NCBI GenBank assembly: GCA_045611965.1
Contig: JAZKYE010000068.1
Span: 10,064-74,063, forward strand
DNA length: 64,000 nucleotides
Direction of reading: 5' to 3'
Source: Eubacteriales bacterium
Lineage (GTDB): Bacteria; Bacillota; Clostridia; Oscillospirales; CAG-272
A model generated the notes under the pieces. It searched no databases and was not told the DNA's origin. It worked only from the letters and a program-made list of their open reading frames with translations. A program made the translations under genes and the position numbers. Positions 38,157 through 47,844 of this stretch are shown here, piece by piece (the first letter of the stretch is position 1; each line of letters opens with the position of its first letter).

Positions 38157-38191
38157 AAAGGTCTGGCTCAATTCATTTGAGCCAGACCTTT
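38157..38191 (+). terminator. Intrinsic terminator (palindrome family related to 2210)
   Basis: AAAGGTCTGGCTCAA-ttcat-TTGAGCCAGACCTTT. Confidence 0.8.
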
Positions 38192-38314
38192 TAGTTTTCA
38201 AAGTGGATAGTCAGCATAGAGCACACAAAATATGACAAAAAGTGTTCTCAAAAACTTTTTTCACCCCTCTTGAAAAACGAAGCGAGGTATGCTATACTAT
38301 ATGAAGTTAAATAA

Positions 38315-38389
38315 GCCTGCATAGTTAAATGGATATAATAACCCCCTCCTAAGGGGTAGTTACAGGTTCGATTCCTGTTGCGGGTGCCA
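38315..38389 (+). tRNA. tRNA-Arg(CCT)
   Basis: Cloverleaf; anticodon arm ACCCC-ctCCTaa-GGGGT, GGTTCGATTCC T-loop, encoded CCA; promoter upstream and terminator at 38392-38426. Confidence 0.95.
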
Positions 38390-38718
38390 AAAAACAAGGT
38401 CTGCCTACACGGTAGACCTTGTTTTTTGTCATCCTCACAGTCGACCTGCTCTGCAAGCAAAGCGAAGCAGAGTCAGGTTCGTATCCGGCCGCACGGTCTC
38501 GCCACGCGAGACATTACACACACCTTGAAGCTCAAAGTCCTCTGCGGCTGATTCCTGCCTGCGACTTTTGCGGCAGGAGCAAGCCCCTTCCCTACTCGGA
38601 ATTAAACGTTGTACACCTTTTGTACGCCCGAACGAGATTTTTACCGTATACCCTTGAAATAAGGCTTATTTTATGGTATAATATAAGAGTATTATAGGAA
38701 TTGATAAAAGGAGCGTAT

Positions 38719-39327
38719 ATGGCACTTGAAAACAAATTCGGAATCACGGATTCCGCAGAGCTTGCCCGTGAGGAAGAACGTATAAGCAAAACACGTGCAA
38801 TCGAGCTTTTTGAAACGAACTTTCTTTCTACACTCAAGCCAGGAACATTTGATGCTCTTTCTAAAATACACGCATTTCTTTTCTCGGATATATACAATTT
38901 TGCAGGCGAAGTACGGACAGTTAATATTGCAAAAGGTAATTTCAGATTTGCACCGCTTATGTATCTTAGCGCCGCAATCAGCAATATAGAAAAAATGCCG
39001 CAAGGCACTTTTGATGAGATAGTTGAAAAATACGTTGAGATGAACGTGGCGCACCCTTTTCGCGAGGGTAACGGACGCGCAACACGAATTTGGCTTGACC
39101 ACATACTGAAGTGCGAGCTCGGGATGGTTGTTGACTGGCGCCTTGTAGATAAAGAGGATTATCTTCTTGCGATGGAAAGAAGTCCTATCAAGGATATTGA
39201 GATAAAGTACCTTTTAAAAAATGCCCTGACGGACAAGATAAATGACCGTCAGGTGTTTATGAAGGGCATCGACCACAGTTACTACTACGAGGGTTACACT
39301 ATCTTTAAAACAGAAGATTTGAAATAA
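38719..39327 (+). CDS. fic: Fic-domain AMP transferase, class III
   Basis: HPFREGNGRATR active motif; C-terminal inhibitory SYYYEG. Confidence 0.92.
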   Translation: MALENKFGITDSAELAREEERISKTRAIELFETNFLSTLKPGTFDALSKIHAFLFSDIYNFAGEVRTVNIAKGNFRFAPLMYLSAAISNIEKMPQGTFDEIVEKYVEMNVAHPFREGNGRATRIWLDHILKCELGMVVDWRLVDKEDYLLAMERSPIKDIEIKYLLKNALTDKINDRQVFMKGIDHSYYYEGYTIFKTEDLK

Positions 39328-39551
39328 CAAACAGGCAGTCGTTTTCGGCTGCCTGTTAACTTTTTCGCGAGGGTTATTCCGATTGGCGAAGCAATCGGTG
39401 AGGGGTTAATTTGTCGAAATTGCGCCCTCGTTTAGATAATTGTCCCCTTTTGTATTACAATACAAATCACTACAAAAATCACCAAGCAAGCACACAACGA
39501 GCCCAAGCGTAAAAACACCCTTTTGCAGATAGACTCAAACACTTCTGAAAA

Positions 39552-39581
39552 CTCCTAATGAGTAGTTACAGGTTCGTATCC
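39552..39581 (+). repeat. Degenerate copy of the tRNA-Arg 3' half (att-like)
   Basis: CTCCTAATGAGTAGTTACAGGTTCGTATCC vs tRNA CTCCTAAGGGGTAGTTACAGGTTCGATTCC. Confidence 0.8.
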
Positions 39582-39623
39582 AGCCTTGCCGTTCCCTGTG
39601 AGAAGAATTGTCCTTGATTATTC

Positions 39624-40775
39624 CTACTCAGACGGCTCTGAGTCGGCTTCGTTCTCTTGTGCATCCTCCGCATGAATAATTCGTGCAAGAGGCTTTTCTA
39701 TAATACGCACAATCAACTCGGATAGCGCATCAATTCTGATGAGCTTAAAAAGCATACGGCGCGAAAAATCGACAAGCATTAGCAAAAGATAAAATGCAAC
39801 GGCGATACATATAATCAAGGCGATTATTACAGGCGCACTATGATTTGCAAGAAATGAGAATTTGCCCGAGAGCACCGAGCGCATCAGCGTTGTTTCGTGA
39901 GCTGCATACACACCGAAGGTAAGAGGTGACAGTCCCATCATAAGACGCGCCCATATGCCTTTGATATCAAGCTTTACAAAAAGCAAAATCAAGCACGCCG
40001 CGCATATAAGAATGAAAATCGAAAGATAATTAATAAAAACGTTTTCGTGTGATGAATAGCCGAATAGCGCACGTTCAACAGCACCGATTACAATTCTTGA
40101 AATCCATACCGCAAGCGACGATATGAGGTAGGCTATAATCAGCGTGCGGGACCTGAACTTTTCGTGCGTACCGTATTTTCTGAAATAAGCACCAACGGTG
40201 TATAAAACCGCAAGCCACAAAAGGCTGTACCCGTCGTTAAGCCCAAATGGCACAACCCATTTTACCGCGTTGAGTATGCAAAAAAGCGCACATACGGCAA
40301 CGAGGGCGGAAATCAACATGCGTCGCGGCGCATTATTTACTATATAGTTAAGAAGCGGCATAAAGAAAAACAGAGCAAAATATGCGCTGAAGTACCATAA
40401 GTTGGCACTCGTCACAGGCAGTAAAGCCATAATAAGCTTTCCCCACGGAAGGGCTCCACCCGAGCTTACCGCAAGATAAGCTTCAACACACGCAGAAATA
40501 AGCGAGTAAAAAGCGACGGTAAACCAAAGATATACGATGCGCGAATATTTATGCCTTGAATAAAGTCCGACATATCCCGAAATCAAGCCGTAGCAGTTTA
40601 CAGCGCAAAACAGCAGTATCTCAAACAGCCATATTACCTCGCCCTTGAGTGTTGTAGGGGTGAGCGCCTCAAGCACACCGCCGCCCCCGAGAAGATGAAG
40701 CAAAATTATCATCTGCATAAGGACAACGCGAAGCATATCAAGGCTATATTTTCTTTCCCGTTCTATCATAAGCAA
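39624..40775 (-). CDS. Acyltransferase 3 family membrane protein
   Basis: LDMLRVV.M..IILLH, AVNCYGLISGY, WYFSAY, TFGVY..H. Confidence 0.9.
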   Translation of the reverse strand: MLMIERERKYSLDMLRVVLMQMIILLHLLGGGGVLEALTPTTLKGEVIWLFEILLFCAVNCYGLISGYVGLYSRHKYSRIVYLWFTVAFYSLISACVEAYLAVSSGGALPWGKLIMALLPVTSANLWYFSAYFALFFFMPLLNYIVNNAPRRMLISALVAVCALFCILNAVKWVVPFGLNDGYSLLWLAVLYTVGAYFRKYGTHEKFRSRTLIIAYLISSLAVWISRIVIGAVERALFGYSSHENVFINYLSIFILICAACLILLFVKLDIKGIWARLMMGLSPLTFGVYAAHETTLMRSVLSGKFSFLANHSAPVIIALIICIAVAFYLLLMLVDFSRRMLFKLIRIDALSELIVRIIEKPLARIIHAEDAQENEADSEPSE

Positions 40776-41033
40776 GCTCCGTAAGATTAATTCAGGTATA
40801 TTGTATCACACATCAAAATAAAAGTAAAGAGCCACCTGAAACCAAGCGGGTAAATATAGCACCGTAATTTCCCCTTCCTTATTATCTACTTAAATCGTTA
40901 TTGCGTCAAAAGGTGAAAACAAGGCAAGGCAGAGTGCCGTTCTTGACATTCTAATGATAACATAGTACAATATAAAGGAAAATTGCATTAGCCTTAGGCA
41001 AGGTTAACTGTCTTATGTTTGGGGGATTTTGAT

Positions 41034-42002
41034 ATGGCACGCAAGAAATATACAAACGGATATTACGAGGGCGAGCTTGACGAGTATGGCGAGCCGCACG
41101 GGCACGGCACGTTTCATTCAAATGACGGCAACTCGGAATCGGGCAGGTGGCATCACGGAGAGCTTCACGGGTGGGGTAAATGCGTATGGTGCGACGGTGC
41201 GAGCTATGAGGGCGAATTCAAAATGGGAATGAAGCACGGGTGCGGCACGTATATCTTTCCAAACGGCAACCGCTACGAGGGAAGCTGGCGAGGCGGCGAA
41301 CAGCACGGCAAGGGCACGTTTTACTGGAAAAGCGGCACTCGTTACGAGGGCGGCTGGAAGAAGAATGTGTTCTCAGGGCGCGGTGCGCTTTATTACACAG
41401 ACGGCGAGAGCTATGTCGGCAGCTTCAAAAATGGAAAGAAGCACGGACGCGGCATATATACCTATTCAGACGGCAGCTGCTATAATGGAAGCTGGCGCGA
41501 GGGCAAAAGGCACGGGCACGGCAGGATGAAGCACACCGAGGGTGAATATATCGGCAAGTGGAAGAATGACGTACGAGAAGGTCGCGGAACGTTAATCGCA
41601 AGCGACGGCTGGACGTACAAGGGCGAGTGGAAGAATGACAGCCAGAACGGCATTGGCAGGTTCCGACTTGCAAACGGATCGGTTTACAAGGGCAGCTTTA
41701 GTGACGCTGTTTTCTGCGGCAAGGGCGTGATGCGATATAACGACGGTGGCAGCTACGTAGGGGAGTGGTTTGATGACTGCCAGCATGGCGTTGGTACTTA
41801 CAAATATGCCGACGGCTCGACATACGACGGTGCGTGGCGGCGCGGCGAATGGTACGGTAACGGCAGGCTGACAAAGCCTGACGGCACAGTTCTCGACGGC
41901 AACTGGTACAACGCAAGCTTCGCAACGGACGTCGTTGAAACAGCACCCGACGGCACACAGCGCAAGGGCTATATTGCAGGCGGACAATTCACCGAGGAAT
42001 AA
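41034..42002 (+). CDS. MORN-repeat protein
   Basis: About 12 YEG.W..G..HG.G repeats; TTGACA-17-TACAAT promoter at 40944. Confidence 0.92.
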   Translation: MARKKYTNGYYEGELDEYGEPHGHGTFHSNDGNSESGRWHHGELHGWGKCVWCDGASYEGEFKMGMKHGCGTYIFPNGNRYEGSWRGGEQHGKGTFYWKSGTRYEGGWKKNVFSGRGALYYTDGESYVGSFKNGKKHGRGIYTYSDGSCYNGSWREGKRHGHGRMKHTEGEYIGKWKNDVREGRGTLIASDGWTYKGEWKNDSQNGIGRFRLANGSVYKGSFSDAVFCGKGVMRYNDGGSYVGEWFDDCQHGVGTYKYADGSTYDGAWRRGEWYGNGRLTKPDGTVLDGNWYNASFATDVVETAPDGTQRKGYIAGGQFTEE

Positions 42003-42044
42003 CAAAGCATTTAAAAAGTGCAGATTTATCATATGAATATATCA

Positions 42045-42078
42045 AAGGGGTATGAGCAGGCTTGCTCATACCCCTTTT
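42045..42078. terminator. Bidirectional terminator
   Basis: AAAGGGGTATGAGCA-ggct-TGCTCATACCCCTTT. Confidence 0.8.
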
Positions 42079-42102
42079 CACGCGAGGTGTTGTACTGTAT
42101 TT

Positions 42103-43638
42103 TTAAGTATTGATGCTTGAAATTTCCGCAAAGTCGGCCTTTTGCTTTTTGCTTAATTTACAAGCGAGATTTAAGCCTGAATCTATTGCTACGTACTCGC
42201 ATATGACAAATATTATTTGCAAAACAAGCCAAAGAGGTGTTGATTGCGCGCCCGCTCTGCCAAAGGCGAGGCTTGCAAGAGATGCAGACACGGTGGCGCT
42301 GACTATTGGGAACACAAGCGCTGATTTTAAATCTATGGTGAATTTGATTTTCTGGCGCAGGCGAAGGAACGACAGAACGAAATTATATAGCTCCATAACT
42401 ACGATACACACGGCATAGCCGAGGATGCCGAGCCTTGGGATAAGAAGCCAGACGAGGAAAATCGACAGCAGGCTATCGGTAATATTTATCCACATAGAAA
42501 AGACCTGCTCGCCAATTCCTTTAAGAATAGAGTCGGTAACGTGGTCAAGATACATAATAGGAACGACGGTGGCAAGGGCGGCGATATACGCGCCTGCATC
42601 GCGCGAGCGCCACACCACATAGCCAAGCTCTTCGGAAAAGAAGAGAAGCACAGCGCTCACTGCTATCGCATAGCGAAGCGTAGTGCTGAGGGCACGGCTG
42701 GCGAGGCGCTTCATTCCCGCTTCGTTTTTAGCCGCGCCGCGCTCGGCAAACTCGGGCACTAAAAGCCCTGCAAACGACGAAAGCGTTGCCATAGGATAGA
42801 TTACTGTCGGAAGCGCCATACCGTGTAGCATTCCGTAGGATTCAAGCGACTCCGACTGCCCCTGACCGAAGAGGCGAAGCCCACGCGGTATCAGGATATG
42901 CTCAACGGTGAGAAGCGCCTGCCTGATATAGGTGGACGCCGCAAGCGGTGCTGCGCCCGTTATCACCTCAGTAAGCTCGGGGGGCGCGAGTCTTTTTCTT
43001 CGTCTGTCGATAAGGAACTCGGCAAATATCACGGCAAAGCAGGCAAGCTCGGTAAGCGTTATGCCGAGCGAAAGCGTAACGGCGGCGCTACGGGCGCTGA
43101 TTTCGCTTATGCGCCCGAGAAGATAAACGGTAAGTACAATTTTGAAAAACTGACCTGCTATCTGCACCGCGGCATTGCAGGCTACGCGACGGATGCCAAC
43201 GAAGTAGCCCGAGAATACCGAAATCAGAGCTATCGGCACAAGGCTTGGCGCGAGAATTTTAAGGCAGTCGGCGCATCTTGCATCCGAGAGCACGAAGCCC
43301 CCGAAGAAATCCGCGCCAAAGAAAAGCGTCAGTGACGATACTATACTGAAAATGAGCGCCCATATTATCGCGCCCGAAAGAATACCGCCGCACTCTCTGC
43401 CCTCGCCCCTCGCCTGCGCGACAAGTCTTGTCACCGTAAGGCTGATGCCAGAGGTGGCGAAGGTGACGGCAAAGCTGTAAACCGTCATCACCACGGTAAA
43501 GAGCCCGACGCCCTCTGCACCGACTGTGCGTGTGATATACGCGTTAAACAGCAGAGCTACCGTTCTGATGCCGAGGGCAACGGCAGTAAGCATTATTCCG
43601 TTTTTAAAAAATCGTTCAGCGCTTTTTGTATATCTCAT
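42103..43638 (-). CDS. spoVB: SpoVB/MurJ-like MOP flippase
   Basis: GAEGVGLF, polytopic, YG.L.GMALP, D.ILKG.GEQ; sigma-E-like promoter upstream. Confidence 0.75.
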   Translation of the reverse strand: MRYTKSAERFFKNGIMLTAVALGIRTVALLFNAYITRTVGAEGVGLFTVVMTVYSFAVTFATSGISLTVTRLVAQARGEGRECGGILSGAIIWALIFSIVSSLTLFFGADFFGGFVLSDARCADCLKILAPSLVPIALISVFSGYFVGIRRVACNAAVQIAGQFFKIVLTVYLLGRISEISARSAAVTLSLGITLTELACFAVIFAEFLIDRRRKRLAPPELTEVITGAAPLAASTYIRQALLTVEHILIPRGLRLFGQGQSESLESYGMLHGMALPTVIYPMATLSSFAGLLVPEFAERGAAKNEAGMKRLASRALSTTLRYAIAVSAVLLFFSEELGYVVWRSRDAGAYIAALATVVPIMYLDHVTDSILKGIGEQVFSMWINITDSLLSIFLVWLLIPRLGILGYAVCIVVMELYNFVLSFLRLRQKIKFTIDLKSALVFPIVSATVSASLASLAFGRAGAQSTPLWLVLQIIFVICEYVAIDSGLNLACKLSKKQKADFAEISSINT

Positions 43639-43658
43639 AAAAAAATCCTCTCGATACT

Positions 43659-43690
43659 AATAGGTATGACGGGGGATATTCGTTTATGAC
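43659..43690 (-). promoter_or_regulatory. Putative sigma-E promoter
   Basis: gtcATA-16 nt-CATACcta on the minus strand upstream of the spoVB-like gene. Confidence 0.5.
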
Positions 43691-43767
43691 GCGCGAGGTG
43701 GTCGATTTTTATCTGCCGTATTGATTTTTATTCCGTACTGTGGTACAATACCGATTGAGGTGCTTTT

Positions 43768-44769
43768 ATGGAAAGAAACTTTTATTTTGAGAATATCCGA
43801 AAAATATTTGAGCGCAACTTTGAGGTAACACGCCTGTATGCGACCTATCTTGAGCGCTTCCCCGAGGCTATAACCCCCTCTCTTATTAACGATATCCTAT
43901 CCGAAAATGAAATGAGTGCAGAGGATGCCATCAGGGCGGTGCTATGCGAGCTTTTCGCCCTCGACCTTGATAGCCCCGCCGATATGCGTATTTTCCGCGA
44001 GTATCTTCTTCCGTCGGTCAGGGTAATGAAGCCCGAGCGCTACACGACCAACCCTTATTACGTTGGCGTGCCGCTTGAAAACAAGAAAATCGGAAACTGG
44101 GAAATAAAGCTTGAAAGCTACCCTGCCTACCGCGGCGTTATCGCAGGCGATATGGATATAAGGGATGATTTTACCGAAATACCGCCGCTCGGATTTTTTA
44201 CCGAGGAATTTAAGTTTCCTGCGGTGCTCGAGGGGGGCAACGAATGGATGACCTTAACCCCCGTCGACCTTGACACCTGCGACGATGCTATCGCCAAGGC
44301 GCACGGTGATGTCATAACCTTCGGTCTCGGTCTTGGCTACTACGCGTATATGGTGGCAAGGCTGCCCGAGGTGAAGAGCATTACGGTAATAGAAAAGAGC
44401 CCGGATGTAATCAGGCTCTTTAACGAGTGTATTCTTCCCCATTTTATAAACCCTGAAAAGCTCACCGTAATTCAGGCGGATGCGTTTGAATATGCCGAGC
44501 GCGAGATGCCTAAAAGACATTTTGACCTTGCCTTTGTTGACACCTGGCGCGACGCGTCAGACGGCAGCGAAATGTACCGAAGAATGAAGCCGCTTGAAAA
44601 ACTTAATCCCGACACAAAATTCCTTTACTGGATAGAGAATTTTCTTATCTCGCGCCTTCGCGCGCTTCGCTTTGCCGAGCTTTGCGATAGGTACGACAAC
44701 GGAAGTCTTGATATGTCAAAGGAAGAAATTATAAAAGAGCTTACCGATATTGATAGGCTTATAAGATAG
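43768..44769 (+). CDS. SAM-dependent methyltransferase / spermidine-synthase-like protein
   Basis: FGLGLGY, VIEKS, ADAFEY, FVDTW. Confidence 0.75.
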   Translation: MERNFYFENIRKIFERNFEVTRLYATYLERFPEAITPSLINDILSENEMSAEDAIRAVLCELFALDLDSPADMRIFREYLLPSVRVMKPERYTTNPYYVGVPLENKKIGNWEIKLESYPAYRGVIAGDMDIRDDFTEIPPLGFFTEEFKFPAVLEGGNEWMTLTPVDLDTCDDAIAKAHGDVITFGLGLGYYAYMVARLPEVKSITVIEKSPDVIRLFNECILPHFINPEKLTVIQADAFEYAEREMPKRHFDLAFVDTWRDASDGSEMYRRMKPLEKLNPDTKFLYWIENFLISRLRALRFAELCDRYDNGSLDMSKEEIIKELTDIDRLIR

Positions 44770-44927
44770 CATTTTGCAAACATATATTAACAAAAAAGAG
44801 AAAATCCAATGCGGCGTACTCTTAAGGACAGTTTAAAAAATAGCCAATACTGAAAAAGCGAGCTGATCAAAATCAGCTCGCTGATTTTTTACCCTCCGTT
44901 ATTTCGGCCTACGGAAGGCGTATGTAA

Positions 44928-45377
44928 TTAAAGACCAAGCAACTGCTTTTTCTTTGCATCAAACTCTTCTTGGGTTATGATGCCTGCATCGAGAAGTTCT
45001 TTAAACTTTTTTAGTTCGTCTGCAGAAGATAAAGGGTGATTCGACGGCGCATTTTTTTGAGCCTTATAAAAAGCTATTCGTTCTTTGATGTATTCATACG
45101 CTTTTTCGAATTCTGCTATAATTTCCTTTTTTCTATCAAACCAAAACGTTTCTTCAATGTTGTCAGATCCAGGAAAATCAAAACTCAAAAAACCATTTAT
45201 TGTTGAAGGCGCCTTATATTTAACGGCTGTCATATCACTGTAGTAATACTCTTTAGTTCCTGTATATGCCCTACCCATTAATGCTGCTTTGAAGGTTGTT
45301 TTGCCAATGCAAACAACATGGTCTTCGTATACTTCTAAATCAGCAACATTTCCTTTTAACTTAAAAATCGGATTCAT
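44928..45377 (-). CDS. SHOCT-domain protein (PH-like N-terminus)
   Basis: C-terminal ADELKKFKELLDAGIITQEEFDAKKKQLLGL. Confidence 0.9.
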   Translation of the reverse strand: MNPIFKLKGNVADLEVYEDHVVCIGKTTFKAALMGRAYTGTKEYYYSDMTAVKYKAPSTINGFLSFDFPGSDNIEETFWFDRKKEIIAEFEKAYEYIKERIAFYKAQKNAPSNHPLSSADELKKFKELLDAGIITQEEFDAKKKQLLGL

Positions 45378-45517
45378 TTACTACCCCTTTCTTTTTCTTC
45401 TTGATGTTTTTGTTCGTCTTCAGCACATTGAGGGTGTGCAGGACTACCGTTGTCAAGAATTTTTGCATTAGCATCATCTAATGGCTTACCGCAAATTGGA
45501 CAAGTGTTTTGAGACAT
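45374..45517 (-). CDS. 47-aa zinc-finger microprotein (not in ORF track)
   Basis: AAAGGAG RBS; MSQNTCPICGKPL...AHPQC...; ATGA overlap with the SHOCT gene. Confidence 0.7.
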   Translation of the reverse strand: MSQNTCPICGKPLDDANAKILDNGSPAHPQCAEDEQKHQEEKERGSK

Positions 45518-45534
45518 AAAAACTCCTTTCAAAA

Positions 45535-45748
45535 ACAAAAAGTGCGGCAACCAGAGTTACCGCACCGAAAAACGCCAACTCCAATTGTCGCCAAACAATC
45601 TCTTCATAGCATAGGTTTTCTATACAATCAAGCAGGAGCAGCGTTTTTACCAAAACGAGTTTGCTTAATTGTATAGCGAAAAAAGTTATAGTTATCCCAT
45701 AACGAGAAAAAGACCTATAACTATGAATATTAAGATTGTTTTGCATAA
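45535..45748 (-). ncRNA. Candidate structured leader RNA with terminator
   Basis: TTTACA-17-TATAAT promoter; nested long stems; GTGCGG..CCGCAC-U tract before the first CDS. Confidence 0.45.
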
Positions 45749-45824
45749 TTATTATATCACAATTTTTGCGGTTTGTAAATAGATTTTATAAATTTATCCA
45801 ATTACCTTCCGGGAGGTAAAAAAT

Positions 45825-45949
45825 AGCCTCCCTTGTGTAAAGGGAGGTGGGTCGCGCAAGCGAGACGGAGGGATTGTAAAAAGCAACAATTTCGTGGTAA
45901 CAATCCCTCAGCCGCCTTCGGCGTCAGCTCCCTTTACACAAGGGAGCCT
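45825..45949. repeat. MITE/REP-like long imperfect palindrome
   Basis: CTCCCTTGTGTAAAGGGAG ... GAGGGATTG ... CAATCCCTC ... CTCCCTTTACACAAGGGAG. Confidence 0.75.
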
Positions 45950-46142
45950 TTTTTATGTTCATCTATGACTTGTCAAATTTCCTGACAAGCACTGCATTTG
46001 TGTCCACAAACACAAAATACGGCATACCTCTTTCGAGATATACCGTATTTTTGAAAACTGTCCTTTAGGGTACGACCCTAAGGATTTTCTCTTTTTTGCT
46101 TTCTGTTAGCTTTCTGTTAGCTTTCAGTTTTATGTATTTTGC

Positions 46143-46313
46143 TTATTCGTCCCAGTCGTATTCGTCGTCATCGCGCTCGACGTAGGCGCGGCAGGCGGGA
46201 TACCGGTCGACGCAATATCCCGATTCGACGCGTTCAAGCGCGCACCATTGTACCTCGGGTCCGTCACAGTCACCGTCGGTTCTGAAATGAACACAGCTTC
46301 CACATCTTGGCAT
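46143..46313 (-). CDS. 56-aa six-cysteine acidic microprotein (different frame from the track ORF)
   Basis: AAAGGAG RBS; MPRCGSCVHFRTDGDCDGPEVQWCALERVESGYCVDRYPACRAYVERDDDEYDWDE. Confidence 0.65.
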   Translation of the reverse strand: MPRCGSCVHFRTDGDCDGPEVQWCALERVESGYCVDRYPACRAYVERDDDEYDWDE

Positions 46314-46413
46314 AAGGCATTACTCCTTTGATTGTTTGATTTTTGAGATAGTGTCAGGATAAGCATACGCATTCCTTTATCAAATGAGGAATGGCGATAC
46401 CTTGCACTTTGGA

Positions 46414-47844
46414 TTATGAATTTTCCTCTGCGATATATCTTCCCATAAGAACACCCATTACGGATGCCATCATAAGACCTCTCGTCCAGCCGCTCGAGTC
46501 ACCAAGGCAATGAAGTCCCTTGATATTGGTGTTGAAGCGCTCGTCCATCTTTACGCGGTTAGAGTAGAATTTGAGCTCGGGCGAGTAAAGAAGCGTTTCG
46601 GTGGATGCAAAGCCGGGAACTACGACGTCCATAGCCTGAATAAAGTTGATGATGTTCGTCATAGCGCGATAAGGCATAGCGGCAGTTATATCGCCTGCAA
46701 CCGCATCGGGAAGCGTGGGCTTAAGGTTTGACTGTGCAAGCTCCTTGGGCCAGGTGCGCTTTCCGTCAAGAATATCACCGAAGCGCTGAACGAGGATGTG
46801 TCCTGCGCCAAGCATATTCGTAAGCTCGCCTACCTTCTGTGCATACTGAATAGGCTGATTAAAGGGCTCTGAAAAGTTGTGCGAGCAAAGGATTGCGAGG
46901 TTAGTATTATCGCTTTTAAGCTCCTTGTACGAGTGTCCGTTTACTACCGCAAGACCGTCGTCGTAGTTTTCCTGACTTACAAATCCACCGGGGTTCTGGC
47001 AGAAGGTTCTTACCTTATTCTTAAAGGGCTTGGGATAGCCGATAAGCTTTGACTCGTAAAGCACGCGGTTTACCTTTTCAAGAACCTCGTTACGCACCTC
47101 AACGCGCACACCGATATCAACCGTGCCGGGCTGATGCGCGATGTTATGCTCGGCACATATTTCTTCAAGCCAGTCAGCGCCGCGTCTGCCCGTAGCAACG
47201 ACGGTGGTATCAGCCATAATTTCCCACTCACCGCTCTTGTCACGAAGCATAGCGCCAAGGCAGACACCGTCCTTAAGCACGAGGTCCTTGCACTCTACGC
47301 CGAAATAAATCTCAACGCCGTGCTCTATAAGATACTGCTCGATAGAGTAGTAGATTTCCTGCGCCTTTTCCGTACCGAGATGGCGGATAGGACAGTCAAC
47401 GAGCTTAAGTCCTGCCTGAATTGCGCGCTTTCTAATCTGCTTTACCTCGTCGGAATTGCCTACGCCCTCGACGTGAGTGTCAGCACCAAATTCAAGATAA
47501 ATTCGGTCGGTGTAGTTTATGGTTTCCTGCGCGAGAGTGTCACCGATGAGATTAGGCAAGTCACCGCCTACCTCGCTTGAAAGCGAGAGCTTTCCGTCAG
47601 AGAAAGCGCCTGCGCCCGAGAAGCCCGTGGTAATGTGACAGTAGGGCTTGCAGTCAACGCACTTTTTGGTCTTTGATTTAGGACAACGGCGCTTTTCGAT
47701 AGCGACGCCCTTCTCTACCATAACTATCTTTTTATCGTATCCCTTGCGTAGAAGCTCAAGCGCGGTAAAAATTCCCGCAGGGCCAGCACCTACTATAAGA
47801 ATGTTAGCTTTCGTTGGCATATTAGTGTTATTCATCAGGTTCAT
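46414..47844 (-). CDS. NAD(P)/FAD-dependent oxidoreductase (uncharacterised FAD-dependent dehydrogenase)
   Basis: IVGAGPAG, G.SGAGAFSDGK, IGVRVE, RTFC.NP.G, GDSSG.TRG. Confidence 0.9.
   Translation of the reverse strand: MNLMNNTNMPTKANILIVGAGPAGIFTALELLRKGYDKKIVMVEKGVAIEKRRCPKSKTKKCVDCKPYCHITTGFSGAGAFSDGKLSLSSEVGGDLPNLIGDTLAQETINYTDRIYLEFGADTHVEGVGNSDEVKQIRKRAIQAGLKLVDCPIRHLGTEKAQEIYYSIEQYLIEHGVEIYFGVECKDLVLKDGVCLGAMLRDKSGEWEIMADTTVVATGRRGADWLEEICAEHNIAHQPGTVDIGVRVEVRNEVLEKVNRVLYESKLIGYPKPFKNKVRTFCQNPGGFVSQENYDDGLAVVNGHSYKELKSDNTNLAILCSHNFSEPFNQPIQYAQKVGELTNMLGAGHILVQRFGDILDGKRTWPKELAQSNLKPTLPDAVAGDITAAMPYRAMTNIINFIQAMDVVVPGFASTETLLYSPELKFYSNRVKMDERFNTNIKGLHCLGDSSGWTRGLMMASVMGVLMGRYIAEENS

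Noticed and set aside
46095-46128. Short TTTCTGTTAGC tandem duplication
   Set aside because: Two to three copies in an intergenic tract; most likely slippage, with no evident function
46130-46372. 80-aa track ORF
   Set aside because: The overlapping frame 46143-46313 has the RBS and a coherent Cys pattern
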